Part shown: one piece after another, positions 53,901-64,000 of the stretch
Numbering within the stretch: position 1 is the first letter of the stretch
Layout: each line of letters opens with the position of its first letter
NCBI GenBank assembly: GCA_965644315.1
Contig: CBFFRQ010000090.1
Location: 62,001 to 126,000 of the forward strand
Length of the DNA: 64,000 bases
DNA from: Caecitellus pseudoparvulus
Taxonomy: Eukaryota; Protista; Bigyra: Bicosoecida
Reading direction: 5' to 3'
Translations under genes and position numbers: made by a program
Notes under the pieces: model-generated
The model's input: only the letters and a program-made list of their open reading frames with translations
Told to the model about the DNA's origin: nothing
Databases searched by the model: none

Positions 53901-56397
53901 AGACGGTGTCCAGGTGCTCCAGCATGCTGGTTTCCGGCACGACGTGCTTGTGCACTGCCCTGAGCAGGGCAGCGCCAGCCTCTGCCAAGGACTGGCTTGG
54001 GCGTCCCACGGAGCCCGAGTCGAACAAGCCGTCCATGATGGCAGGGACGTGGGCCAGCGGCAGGGTGCGGTGCATGTGCATGTGGGTGAAAGGCGTGGCA
54101 TAGGCAGCACGGGTGCCCAGTGGGCCCAAGGGCGGCATCAACGGCATGATGCCGCGCCGTGGGCCCAGGCGCTGCAGTTCAGAGCGCCACGGCTCGCCCG
54201 GCTGCAGCCACTTGTGCTGCTCACGGGCCAGGGCTGGGCCTGTGCCATCCTTCTCCACCGGGTGGGGAGGTTGGCGCGGCAGGGGTGTGAGGGCCCGCTC
54301 CATGAGGGGAGTGTACCGTGGTGTGACAGACAGACTGGGCATCCAGGCCGGGGGAAGAGGACACCCTAGTGCAGTGGGCGACGCCACCGTGAGTGTCGGG
54401 CCAGCGCCCGCCAGGCTCCGCAGCGCAGCGCCGAGAGGGGAGTCCTGCAAGGCACTCACTGGGTGCAGGGGCTGCGCGGCCGAGCCAGACTCAGACAAGC
54501 CCGCAGTGGCCGCAGCAGGCACGAGGCAGGGCCACGGCCTGTCCACTGCTGCGGTGGGTGTGAGGCCACGAAGGAGCCCCTCCAGCAGAATCAAGGGCGT
54601 GGGCCGCGCGATGGTGAGGGTGGCGCGCTTGCCGCCCAGTCTCGCAGACTGCAGTGTGTGGGTGAAGGCGTCGATGTCCCACGCCGCCGTGCCGCCACCC
54701 CACACCCGAGAGCCGTCGACTGCCACGCCCAAGACCAGGTCGTGGGGGCGCAGCAGGCCCTCTCGCCCAGCCGGGCTGCCAGCCTGCACTGCCACGATGC
54801 GCACGCCTGCCTGGCAGCGCAGAGAGCTGCCGTCCTGTGCAGCAGGCTGCGGCCCCTGCACGGACGGGGTCGCATATGGGGAGCCCAGCGGCAGCCCCAC
54901 CACCTCTGGCACATCAGCGGCGGTGAGGATGCCAGTCTTGGAGCGCGGCAGTGAGGCGCTGTCGCGAGAAGCTGTGCCGTCTGAGTCGCTCCCCTCGTCG
55001 CCCGTGGGCGTGTCTGCCCTGCCACGAGCGAGCTGGGCGTCCCACTGCAGCTCTTGGGCGGACACGCCCACTGCCAAGGCATTGTCTGCGTCCCCCAGGC
55101 GGAAGGCAGCAGAGAGGGAATAGAACACGTCAGAGCGACTGACGGGAGCAATACCTTTGTCCAGCTGTTCGATTTCCAAGCCTGCCACAGCAGAGGCCAA
55201 GGCATGGGGCCGCGGCGCGTTCAGCGCGGCATAGCCTTCAGCCGCTGCCGCTGCTGCAGTTCGCGGTGACGCCTCGGCCGGCGGCCTGTGCTGGTGGTGC
55301 GCCCACAGCGTGTCATGGGGTGGCGGTTCCTGCTGCCGTCTGCGTCTGCGCCTGGCGGTCTCCCACCGTGCCTGGGCTGAGGCCAGCCAAGACGGCCGGC
55401 GGGGAGGCACCTTGCGCAGGCATCGGACGGGCGCCGACCCAGGCGCCAGCTGCAAGCCGTACACAGTCTGCGGGGCGAAGGCGGCTTGCGCTGCCTGCAC
55501 TGCCTGTGAAGAGGGGGTGCCGTGCCGCCACTGCCCTGCGCCTGCAGCATCGTGGGGGGGGGCTGGCAGCGCCGGCAGCGACACCGTCAGCAAGTCGTGT
55601 GGGACGCTCTGCCCAGCCCAATGGGGCACTGTGTCGGGGTCTCGGCCAGCAACATCCGCCGGAACGAGGCGTGCAGGGGGTGACGTGCCCTGCTCTGCAC
55701 TGGAGGCCGCCGGCGTCGGTGGCCGTGTCTGGTTGCAAGCGGCGTGATCAGCGGCCAGCGGCCCCAGCACATTTGCCTCCAACGCAGCGATGCTTGTGAG
55801 CAGCTCCGAGCTGCGTTCCAGGGCGATGGAGGCACGGCGCTCTCGCCTGAGCAACGCAGCTGCCACCAGTGACCGCAGAGATGCCGTATCTGTGCCAGTC
55901 AAGTGGTCGTGGGCGGCCTGCGAGCAAAAGGCGTGTTGTGATGTGCGGAAGTGCTGGTGGTGGAAACCCGGGCTGGCGTGCCCTGGAAAAAAGGAGGAGC
56001 ACACAAGCAGCAGCAGAAAGCAGGACAAGACCCCCAGGTTGCGAGTGGGCAAGGTATTTTCCCCGTTTAACGCAAGGCTGCAGCTGGGAAGCATTTGCAT
56101 GCGTGCGGAATTGGCACGCACCATCGCCAGGTCCCGAATGAAAGGTGCATCGCAGTCCACAGTGTCCAGCCACCTGGAAACCTCCTCCAAGTCCAAAGCG
56201 AGGACCTCGGACAGGGTCACCAGCAGCGCGTGCAGCGCAGACCCGTGGTCTGCTCGTGTGGAAGGGCTGCTGTGCACGGCAGCTTTGACCTCGCTTCCAC
56301 TCGCCAATCGGCCGAGTGCCCCTGGCGCCTTGGCAGTGCACGCAGCGACATGCTGCAGCATCGCATGCAGGCGGGGGGAGCTTGCTGGCAACGCCAT
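50908..56397 (-). CDS. Large Pro/Ala-rich hypothetical protein with a PDZ-like domain
   Basis: 1858-aa ORF; likely ATG at 56397 (MALPASSPRL). PDZ-like GVRIVAVQAGSPAGREGLLRPHDLVLGVAVDG...ATLTIAR at about 54600-54810. Confidence 0.7.
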   Translation of the reverse strand: MALPASSPRLHAMLQHVAACTAKAPGALGRLASGSEVKAAVHSSPSTRADHGSALHALLVTLSEVLALDLEEVSRWLDTVDCDAPFIRDLAMVRANSARMQMLPSCSLALNGENTLPTRNLGVLSCFLLLLVCSSFFPGHASPGFHHQHFRTSQHAFCSQAAHDHLTGTDTASLRSLVAAALLRRERRASIALERSSELLTSIAALEANVLGPLAADHAACNQTRPPTPAASSAEQGTSPPARLVPADVAGRDPDTVPHWAGQSVPHDLLTVSLPALPAPPHDAAGAGQWRHGTPSSQAVQAAQAAFAPQTVYGLQLAPGSAPVRCLRKVPPRRPSWLASAQARWETARRRRRRQQEPPPHDTLWAHHQHRPPAEASPRTAAAAAAEGYAALNAPRPHALASAVAGLEIEQLDKGIAPVSRSDVFYSLSAAFRLGDADNALAVGVSAQELQWDAQLARGRADTPTGDEGSDSDGTASRDSASLPRSKTGILTAADVPEVVGLPLGSPYATPSVQGPQPAAQDGSSLRCQAGVRIVAVQAGSPAGREGLLRPHDLVLGVAVDGSRVWGGGTAAWDIDAFTHTLQSARLGGKRATLTIARPTPLILLEGLLRGLTPTAAVDRPWPCLVPAAATAGLSESGSAAQPLHPVSALQDSPLGAALRSLAGAGPTLTVASPTALGCPLPPAWMPSLSVTPRYTPLMERALTPLPRQPPHPVEKDGTGPALAREQHKWLQPGEPWRSELQRLGPRRGIMPLMPPLGPLGTRAAYATPFTHMHMHRTLPLAHVPAIMDGLFDSGSVGRPSQSLAEAGAALLRAVHKHVVPETSMLEHLDTVSRSLRLSSTWAATVASARALQCPLAVPQPLATAGAARPAAPAVLGPASAVPTSSLGPLHTTSKYAGPTQQGGAVWPPLLGPGPPSPGGISPRHAWEWLSKAAFPGPAFLPTALASSALPARLLALGLCLYHARIPPSLSPREPLSPPATNLGPSSTPDESTVHLTAGLATMSDASPPRLAQQRPGHVPDSSAPPHPVPEPNVAMQVLSAITACTVSVRLGSRDFHLCGRSSEPVSTLSRLLVALRSTVATPGPALVSSVQPCPSVRSQTRLGLPRLPITAFIFPMPASAAPLSPPAPHTADRPLAKRSCALDGGKGGTRGDAAARMWGSDGSTPVLCHAVITGAATTLPAPLLSTLARETLAPLLPRFPPRPPLLVHALRVESLVLSSALARSGVLHQQPRILLPHPSHHTARLPEDAPEDADDPTSRLVGVLGCFFASMAEASSQLCSGAKTVAASAWSGSLPGPVTSQPLASGHLAEAAPGRFAQGVGAPCVLCERLTPPDLPTVGSPVKDPSPSPESPAAVEPAFLPGGDLDKPAQLRNGGHVFTLAERLSLGHLVALCGGAGPGEQGRLLPGEEVALGTPAAQGPRPGAWMTPSPGSWTSPLFWLYMHSTLPAVQAPGLDKHMHALYFPGAHALGNYSTGADVGYEPVAGSGPSPTPPPPMTLVLPQQDTAQDGDATTTSSKTESGAVDDGSEAPGDGDEETAAQALQSPAAVPHPTLLGGCPVAGKHTSLGAWMLESLHPRAAAVVASAPLPTHRQAQSSEDAADAAWLSHGAVLACSIQAPMQRVEGGAFQAQGVSAAMPEAVARAVRAGEAGEAESAAAAAAAISPDPLPLMLWQRTWLGAPDVIGASFIALKWWWATHRAILALGGGQPTGVEAAALQVLEGLSPTSVLHAVHVSRGFLRQAGARTGLPATGGSKRPREQPMPEQDLGSAQAQWARLLLGPQAPTPFQPATPTSKAWEPCDPAIVGILARSLVSAAVRVVEGAAAAPAD

Positions 56398-56694
56398 GAC
56401 AGTGCACGGCCCACGGCGCGTCGCGTCGTTCCGGCAGCAGGGCGTGTAGGTTGAGTGGGCGGGCACTGCGGCGGCGGGGTTCACGCCAGCCGCAGCCGAC
56501 TGCGGTGGTGTTCACTGTTGTGCCTCAGGCAGCACGCCGGGCTCTGGGCAGCACAAGGGGCGTGCCCAGACCCCGTGACAGCACCCGTCACTGGCTCCAG
56601 GCTCGGTGAGCATTGTGAATTGTCCCTGCTCGTCGCTCTGGCGTGCAGAGCAAGTGTCCATGGCGCCTGCACCGCTGCCTGCCCTGCCGGCTCC

Positions 56695-59218
56695 TCAGGC
56701 CAAGTAGTTGTACAGGCCTCGCTCCTCATCGTCGCGTTCCAAGTACTCCCTGTCAATGAGGTTCTCGATGCGCTTCTTGATGTCCACAGGCTTGGGCACG
56801 AAGCGGGAGCGCAGGGCGTGCGTCACCTCGGCGATCAAGTCCGTGTGCTTCAGGGACTGGCGAGTCTTCATGATGCGCACGATGCAGGCATCCAGCATGT
56901 GCTTGCGGTCTTCCAGCACAGCCTTGGGGATGCCGGTCCCCACTGCGTCGGCGGCCCCCCCCACCCCCTTGGCAGCGATGGTGGGCACCACGACGCGGCG
57001 CATCTTGTGCTTGAACTTGTCGTTCACCTTGAACTTGTCGGACTCGGCGATGTTCGTGCCCTTCTTGCTCTTGAGCAGCACGCGGGCCTTGGACGTGGTG
57101 AGGGACAGCACGTGCCGCAGCGCTTCGAAGCGGGGGATGCCGGTGTTGGCGAGGATGGTGCCAAACGTCAACTCCGCAGATTCGTTGAACTGCATGAGGA
57201 TGCACATCATGTACGTCGTCACCACCAAGTCGTGGGGCCTGCTGCCTGCCATCATGCGCACTTCTGCCGTGCCCTTCTCTGTGACCCAGGTCAGGCGGCG
57301 CGCGCCAAAGCGAGAGCCGTAGAAGGCCTGAAAGTGCTCCGCCGCAGGCTCCACGCTGGACGGCAGGCGGCACGGGGGGTACTGAGGGCGCTGCCAGTGC
57401 CCCACAGTGAGCACAGTGGGCGCCAGCAGCACCAGTCCCTCTGGGCGGCCCTGTGCAAAGTACAGGTCCACGAGGTCCTTGCTCTGCTGCAGGTCTTGGA
57501 ACATGCCTTCCAGCTTGGCTGCGTACTGGTTCCCGCACTCGATCTTCAGCTTGGCGATCATGCTGCGCTCGCTGTCGTCAGACAGGGAGCGGCCGGCGAG
57601 CAGGCGCTTGGACAGGTGTGTGCGGTAGATGTTCAGGAAGATGTCCTTATCCACCAGGTACCGGAAGAGCGTGATGACCTTGTCCAGGGTCTTGTCAATG
57701 TCAGCTTCCACCCACCCCTTGAAGCCCCGCTTGAACATCTCGTCCAGGTAGGAGGAGAGGAAGGTCGCGCAGCGTGTGTCCATGTTCACGAAGTGTTCGA
57801 AGGCCTCCTTCAGCGCCTTGAAGAAGAAGCGGTGCCCCTGGAAGGCAGTGCGCACGATGCGGCTGTACTTGTCGCGCATGGTGAGCAGAGTCTCGACGAA
57901 GGCCACTGGGTCCTTGGACTGCTCCTGGTCTGTCACGAGGCGGGAGCCTTCCGCGACCACGTGTGCCTTCAGGGTCTCGCACAGCACCTCCTGCAGGGTG
58001 AAGTGTGTGAAACGGCTGCCGTTGGGGTTTTCCCAAGCCCGCTTCTCCCCCACCCGGGAAAACAGCGTGTACATCCTGCCCAAGTCCTGGTCCGCGTCAT
58101 TCTGCAGCATGTACCGCACGCCACTGTCTGCCTCCACCAGCTCCAGTCCGTGGTCGAACAGGAGGCGAGAGCAGACAAGCTTCAACAGCTTCGGGCGCGT
58201 GGAGTGCCACAAGTAGTCGTCCAAGCGCCGCTGCTCCTGGGCAAGGCGCCGCTGGGCGTACTCCAGGTACGCCGCCACCGGCACCTCAGCCATGTACCGG
58301 GCTGCCTCCTCCTGGTAGAAAGCCTCGCTGTCCCTCAGGAAGGCGCGCTCGAACTCGTTTTCGTACACGACGTGCCCGTTCACGCCCAGCTCCACCAGCA
58401 TGCGCACAGCTGAACGCATGAGGGACACATCCACCGCTTCGCCACCACGCTCTGCAGCAACCTCAGCGAGCAGAGTCTCCCGTGTGCGCTGGCCGATGTC
58501 CGAAGCACGCAGGACAGTCTGCAGGAACTGCTTCCTGCCCATGCTCAGCACTGTCGGCAGCTTCTTTTGCGCCACATACGTGCGGTTCTGAGGGCAGGGG
58601 GCGGTGGCAGGCGTGTCGTGCGGAAATCGGCGTCAGCACCACGCCAGCAGAGGAACCGCTGGCGGACAGGCGCCTTCGAGGCACTGACCATGTACATGAG
58701 GATGTCGCTGATCATGCGCATGGTGCGGTTATGCTGCTCCCACTTTTCAGTCAGCACTCGGAGGAGAGTTCGGTCTTGGTGCCCTTTGACATCCTCAGCG
58801 ACCGTCTTCAGGTGTGCAGCCACGCGGGCCTGCACCCCGTCATACAGCATGGAGCCATGCTTCTGAAGGACAAGGTTGTATCCGAACCTGCAGGTGGCGC
58901 GGGGCGAGCGCAGCAGTGCCCCCAGTGCGGCTGCGGAACCGGAGTGGGCAGCGTTTCACCACGCCACTGCTGCTGCGCGGGCGACGCACCTGTACAGCTC
59001 CTCGAAAGAAAGCTTGCTTTGGTTTCCGCTGTGGATGTGGTCAATGGCCTGCTTCAAGCGCTCCCACATGTCCTTGATCTTGTCGGCATTGCCGCTGCCG
59101 GTCTGTGCATGGCAGTCGGCGCCGTGCGAGGCGTGTGCGCGGCGGCAACGCGCTCGCTCGAGCGGGGAGTCCGCACCGACTTGAACGGCTTCAGTGTGAA
59201 CTTCTTCAGCTGGGGCAT
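56695..59218 (-). CDS. CUL3: Cullin-3 (4 exons)
   Basis: Introns 59103-59176, 58888-58989 and 58588-58688. N-terminal KFTLKPFK and LSFEELYR-FGYNLVL (CUL3 type), DKDIF..YRTHLSKRLL, neddylation motif IVRIMK and IENLIDREYLER...YNYLA*. Confidence 0.93.
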
Positions 59219-59508
59219 GTCTGGTGCTCGTTGAGGCAGGCGGTGAGGAACAACTCAAGGGCACCAAGGCCAGCGTTCAGCTGGCTCGGCAGAGGCAGTG
59301 CCCCGCAGCAGCTCAAACGTGTCGCACAAGCAGCGTGTGACACTGGCCAAGCTTGCACAGGCAGGGCAACGCTGGCACAAGCACAACCACAGGGGCCCGA
59401 TAAGACTGCGGTGAGCTGAGGGATCGGCATGAAGTGGATTTGTCCGGGCAGCAACTCTGCCTCTGCTGCAGGTGAGGCTGCGTTGCAACGCAGAAGGTGG
59501 TGGGTGCG

Positions 59509-60624
59509 TCAAACTGCAAACAGGACCAGACTGACCGCCATGACGAGCATGCCAGCCCCTAGAGCTGGGATGGCAATGCGCTCGTCCTGGTCATATTTCA
59601 GCGCAGTGGGCAGCAGCTCACTGACGCAGATCCACACCATCATGCCGCCAACGATGCCGAACAGCACCACGTACGCAACGGGTGAGAAGGCTGTGCTCAA
59701 GACGAGGTACCCCAGCAGCGCGCCAATGGGCTCGAAGAGGCCTGACAGCAGGGACCACACGAAAGCCTTCCACCGACTGCCCGTCGCGTAGTACACGGGG
59801 ATCGCCACTGCGCAGCCCTCTGGGATGTTGTGGATGGCGATGGCGACAGCGAGCGCCGCGCCGACTGTCGGGTCGGCCAAGGCAGCCACGAAGGTTGCTA
59901 GGCCCTCGGGGAAGTTGTGCAGGCCGATGGCTAGGGCCGTGACGAGGCCAGTGCGCATGAGGTCTTGCTGGCGCCGTGGGGCTTGGCCGGCACCCACCTC
60001 TTGGCTGGCTTCCGCGACACTTGCAGTGTCCGAGGCAGAGTCTGGTTGCAGCGAGGCCAGCTCGACATGCACACTCCCCGGCGATTCCTGGGAGCCACAC
60101 GAGTGCTCCTCTGCTGAGGCGTGGCTGGGGGGCAGACCCACCTCCACATCCTCCGCGCAGGGTGCCGCCTGCTCGGCAGCAGGTTGGCCCAGGGCAACGC
60201 CTTCAGCACCTTGGGCCTCGGCAGCTTCCAGTTTTCTTACGTCATCAGGGATGGAGCGTTCAGCCTTGTGCATGGCGCCCGTGGACGCTGCATCAAGCCA
60301 GTGCACCGCCGCATCCAAGCACACGGTGAGCAAGATTCCTCCGAAGAAGCAACCTGTCGCTGCCGCATGCGCAGAGCCTTCCACGAGTCCAGCATCCAAG
60401 AATGCATCCTGTGCCTTGCTCAAGATCTCCTGGAAGGACACGAACAGCATGACTCCAGCCGAAAAGCCAAGAGCAGCTGCCAGCGTGCTGGGACGGGCAA
60501 TAGTGACCAGGTCGCCGGGCCAGAAAACGACAGCCGCGCCGAGAACAGTGGAGAGGCCAGCCGCAGCAGTCATGGCGAAGGCAATGCCCACAGCCTGGGG
60601 ATCGTCCAGGCTTGAACCCCCCAT
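59509..60624 (-). CDS. zupT: ZIP-family metal transporter (ZupT/ZIP11-like)
   Basis: 8-TM pattern, AGVMLFVSF.EI, metal-site motifs LHNFPEG and IHNIPEG, and ELLPTA. Confidence 0.92.
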   Translation of the reverse strand: MGGSSLDDPQAVGIAFAMTAAAGLSTVLGAAVVFWPGDLVTIARPSTLAAALGFSAGVMLFVSFQEILSKAQDAFLDAGLVEGSAHAAATGCFFGGILLTVCLDAAVHWLDAASTGAMHKAERSIPDDVRKLEAAEAQGAEGVALGQPAAEQAAPCAEDVEVGLPPSHASAEEHSCGSQESPGSVHVELASLQPDSASDTASVAEASQEVGAGQAPRRQQDLMRTGLVTALAIGLHNFPEGLATFVAALADPTVGAALAVAIAIHNIPEGCAVAIPVYYATGSRWKAFVWSLLSGLFEPIGALLGYLVLSTAFSPVAYVVLFGIVGGMMVWICVSELLPTALKYDQDERIAIPALGAGMLVMAVSLVLFAV

Positions 60625-60862
60625 GGCTCACACAGAGGGGCGGGACTTTTGCCCGAAGCGTTTCGTTCGAAACTCTTGGCTCTGAGGCGCTTTCTGCTGT
60701 GCCGCCTGAAAACGGCAGAGTGACGGTCAACCGGGCCAAACGCTTGATATGTGAGGAGTTGGTGCAGGCTTTCCGCTCAACAGGAGCGAGGCTGCAGCTT
60801 CAATTGTGTTGGCGTGTGAATTGAAGCGGGCGGGGTGTGCTGACCGCCGCCACTTCCACGTT

Positions 60863-63800
60863 TCATGGCATGGGTGGCGGGGGCTTGAAGTACGCCTCTT
60901 GCAGGGCCCTGCCCATGGGTGGCGCAGAAGAAGCTGTAGCTTGCTGACTCGAAGTGCCCGCTTCTTTCTCTGGGATGCCGTGCACTAGCAGGGAAGTGTC
61001 CCACGTGTCGCCGGCCTTGCCTGGGCGCAGGGTGTGTGGCTGTGGCAGCGGAGGAGCGGTAGGCACTGCCATGGCCACGATGGCCCGCGGGTCCGCCCCG
61101 ATGCTCAGCGTCCACAACTCAGCCAAGTTCTGCCCTTCTGTGCCTCCATCCTCCGGCACCTCCAGCGGAGTCTGCGCCAGCCCCTCACAGTCCGCAGGAG
61201 TGGGGAGGATGAGGCAGTCCAGCACCAGCCCCGCAGCGCCCCACAACACGGCAGCAGGCGCAGCAGGCTTACCTGCAGTCGGGTCAGGCAGGCCCGACAA
61301 GCTGCTGTCTGCTTCCCTACCGGGCACCAAAGCGCCCCGGGTCGGGGGGTGCATAGAGAGTGGGGGGCGCCGCGCCAGTGCAACGCTCGACGGTGTGCCA
61401 GTGCTGAAGGCAGGGTCACAGCGCGTGTCCCCGAAGGCTCCCGCATGCCACGCCTCCTCACCGTACCACTTCCAAGGACAGGGTCCGGAGTCCACACTGC
61501 GCGGGGCAGGCGTGGGCAGGACCGGGACGCCCACCGCATCCACTGGGCGGGGCAAACGAGGCAGCAGCCACCAGGTGCCACGGGGGGACACCTCTGCCGT
61601 GACACGGACGTCATCCACACCCCACCTGCCCTGCCTCACAGCCAGCTCCTGCTCCATGCCCCCTCCCGCCCAGGACGCCCCGAGCCCCCCCCCAGCCACC
61701 GCTCCGGCCTCATGGGATGAGCCCTGCACAGCCCGCACACCAGCCGAGCCTGCGTCACGCGCCCACTGCGCGGCGTGCTGCAGCAGTGCATCCACACTGT
61801 GCCATGCGCCTTTCAGTCGCGCCTGCAGGGCCTGCGGCAGGGCGGGAAGGGGGGCTCCATGCCCTGTGTCGGCACCATGCTGGCGAGCAGCGTGCAGGCT
61901 CCAGGAGGGCAGGGACGGAGGTGGCACAGCCTCAGCCTGTGACGCCGGGCTTGGGGGCGTCGAAACCAGCGCCGGCGCCTGACCACCCGACGCAGCGGCT
62001 GCTTGTGCTGGCGGCGGCGCTGGTTCAGCTGCGTAGGGAGGCTGGGCGGCGCCTGAGACCTGTGCAGCCAGGATCAGGGCGGCACGCGCCGCTAGCGTCA
62101 CAGACACACCCACTTGCCAGGCAGAGAACAGCGTCGTGTCGGAGGGGAGGTCTGCCCCCCCCCCTCGCGCTGCCAGGACGGTGTGCCGGGATGTGAGAGC
62201 CACACACCCCAGCGCAGGCGCCGGGGGCGGCTCATCAGCGTCACCCGCAGCGCCCACGGACGGCGTGCCATGCAGCGCAGCCATGGCCCACAGCTGCGCC
62301 AGCGCCTGCCAAGCACTGGAGTCTGCGCTGCGGGTGACCTTGCTACCGTGGGAAAGACAGGCACTCGCCAGCCAAGGCGTTTGGGGGGCACTGCGTATGG
62401 CGCTGCCACTGGACGCCCGCCGTGCATCGGCGAGAGGAGTGGCGCCTGCGGGGCCCCGTCCAGCTTCCAGCAGTGCTGCTGGAGGGCCGCGTTGCGCGCT
62501 CGTCGCCAGACGAAGGCGGGCACAGGGTGTGAGAGTCGTGGGTGTGGCAGGTTCGGGGGGCGGCTCCAGCGCCATGATGTACTCAGGCACCACCACCACT
62601 TCGAAATCAGCATGTAGGTGCCACTGGGGGTGCAGTGGCGCCCGCGTGCGCCCAGAGGCCGCTGTGACCCGCACCGGCGGCTTGGGTGGTCCACCCGCCT
62701 TGGGGTCCACTGCGAAGGCGTGCAGCGTGCCATGCGCTGACGCGACTAGCAGCAGTGTAGAGTCCTCAGAAAAGGCTAAATGTGCGATGTGCGCATGGGT
62801 GATGCCGCGTTCGCAGGCGTACAGCTGCCGCGGGGGGGCTGAGGTCGCCGTCTTGGGCAGCTGCCACACCGCCACAGTTTGCCCGTGAGCATCGGCTGTG
62901 GCAAGGAGCCTGCGGCAGGGCGAGATGGCCACTGCCACGATGGGCTCACTGTGGGCTTGGAAGCGCACCAAGCACTCCCCAGTGTCAAGATTCACGACTG
63001 TGACGGAGCCTGAGGCGGTGGCAGGGGAGGCGGCCGCTCGGTTGGCGCCACCCCCGATGGACACCGCAGGGGCGTCGGCTGTGAAGGCCTTGCTAGCCGT
63101 GGCATCAACCTGCAGGGCGTGCTGTGACTGGGGTGCACTGACAGCTGCGATAAACGGCGCGAGTGCCTCTGCGCCTGCGGCTGCGGCGTGCCACAGGGAG
63201 TAGGCACCGGTGGCCGTGTCTTTGGCCACCTGGCGCAGGGAGAGGGGCGCCACGCTCGCCTGACCAGGGTCAACATGCGCACAGGGAAAGGCGAGGAGGG
63301 GCCCCTGCGCAGCGGTGTCCACGGCGTGGCGCGCCGAGGAGCCCGGCTGCGCCACACCAGCAGCAGGCACGCCGGACACGTGCTGCAGCGTTGCTGCGTC
63401 AAACACGAAGCACGCCGATCGCGTGCGCACAGCAAAGTGTGAGGGGAAGGTGTCAATGAATGGCGCCTGCACGATCGCCTCTACTGGCTCGTGGAAGGTC
63501 AGCTCGTGGAAAATTCTGCAGCAACGGGGGGGGGCTGCCAGTGCACGTGTGAAACGCCAGGTGAGATGTGTGCGAAGCCGCATGACACAGTGGCGGGCAG
63601 CAAGCAAGAGAGAAGGAAGAAAGGGCAATCGAAGGCTGGCATGGTAACAGGCAAGCGCCTTCGAAGGCCCGGCAAAGGGGTGCTTTCGCAAGCCAGCAAT
63701 TGTGGCGGTTCAGCCGGCGAAACGCTCACCCCAACACGCACCGTTCTAGCCGTACGGAGAACAACTCAACCTTGCAGGGTGCCCCTGCCACCCGGAGTGC

Positions 63801-64000
63801 GACAACTGGGCCATGGGCATGTTCTGCCTTGAGGTGCAGGGGTGTGGCCTCTGTCAAGGGCGTCGGGGAGTCCCACCACCAAATGGGAGCGAGGGTTGGC
63901 GTGGTTGCGTAGACACGCAGCCCGCCTGAGTGCGCGACAAGGAGCAGTGGGGAGAAGCCTGGTCCCGGAGAAAAGAAACGCCCAGAACCACCAAGTACTG
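60863..64000 (-). CDS. BCAS3/ATG18(f-h)-like WD40 beta-propeller protein; 5' end probably beyond the window
   Basis: FQAHSEPIVAVAISPCRRLLATADAHGQ...QLYACERGITHAHIAHLAFSEDSTLLLVASAHGTLHAFAV matches the BCAS3/PROPPIN blade 5-6 signature. Splice acceptor near 63516. Confidence 0.75.

Noticed and set aside
56455-58413. 652-aa ORF antisense to cullin-3 (and the similar 418-aa ORF antisense to the AKR, 41957-43213)
   Set aside because: In-register antisense ORFs arise from strong GC3 codon bias. No protein-like features.

Overview
GC-rich, very gene-dense eukaryotic DNA with short GT-AG introns (about 60-160 nt; donors gtgcgt/gtgagt/gtacgt) and tail-to-tail gene gaps of only 30-60 nt. A mitochondrial-type presequence on a glycolytic phosphoglycerate mutase, together with the composition, suggests a heterotrophic stramenopile (Cafeteria-like bicosoecid); this is an inference. 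About 21 protein genes are present. Recognisable genes: PPP1R42-like LRR protein, dPGM, probable mitoribosomal mS26, NCBP3-like protein, START-domain protein, aldo-keto reductase, sulfotransferase, NDUFS6, cullin-3, ZupT/ZIP transporter and a BCAS3/ATG18-like propeller. Two elements are most notable. (1) Three paralogous, apparently intronless hybrid histidine kinases; one is missing from the ORF track because it runs off the left edge. They share an unrecognised multi-pass membrane sensor region, a non-canonical H-box (SHECRSP) and receiver domains split by long low-complexity inserts. (2) A ~3100-aa CAMK-group kinase with HRN in place of the catalytic HRD, followed by about 14 dispersed copies of an EF-hand-like helix-loop-helix motif. 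No rRNA, tRNA, CRISPR array, transposon or endogenous viral element was seen.
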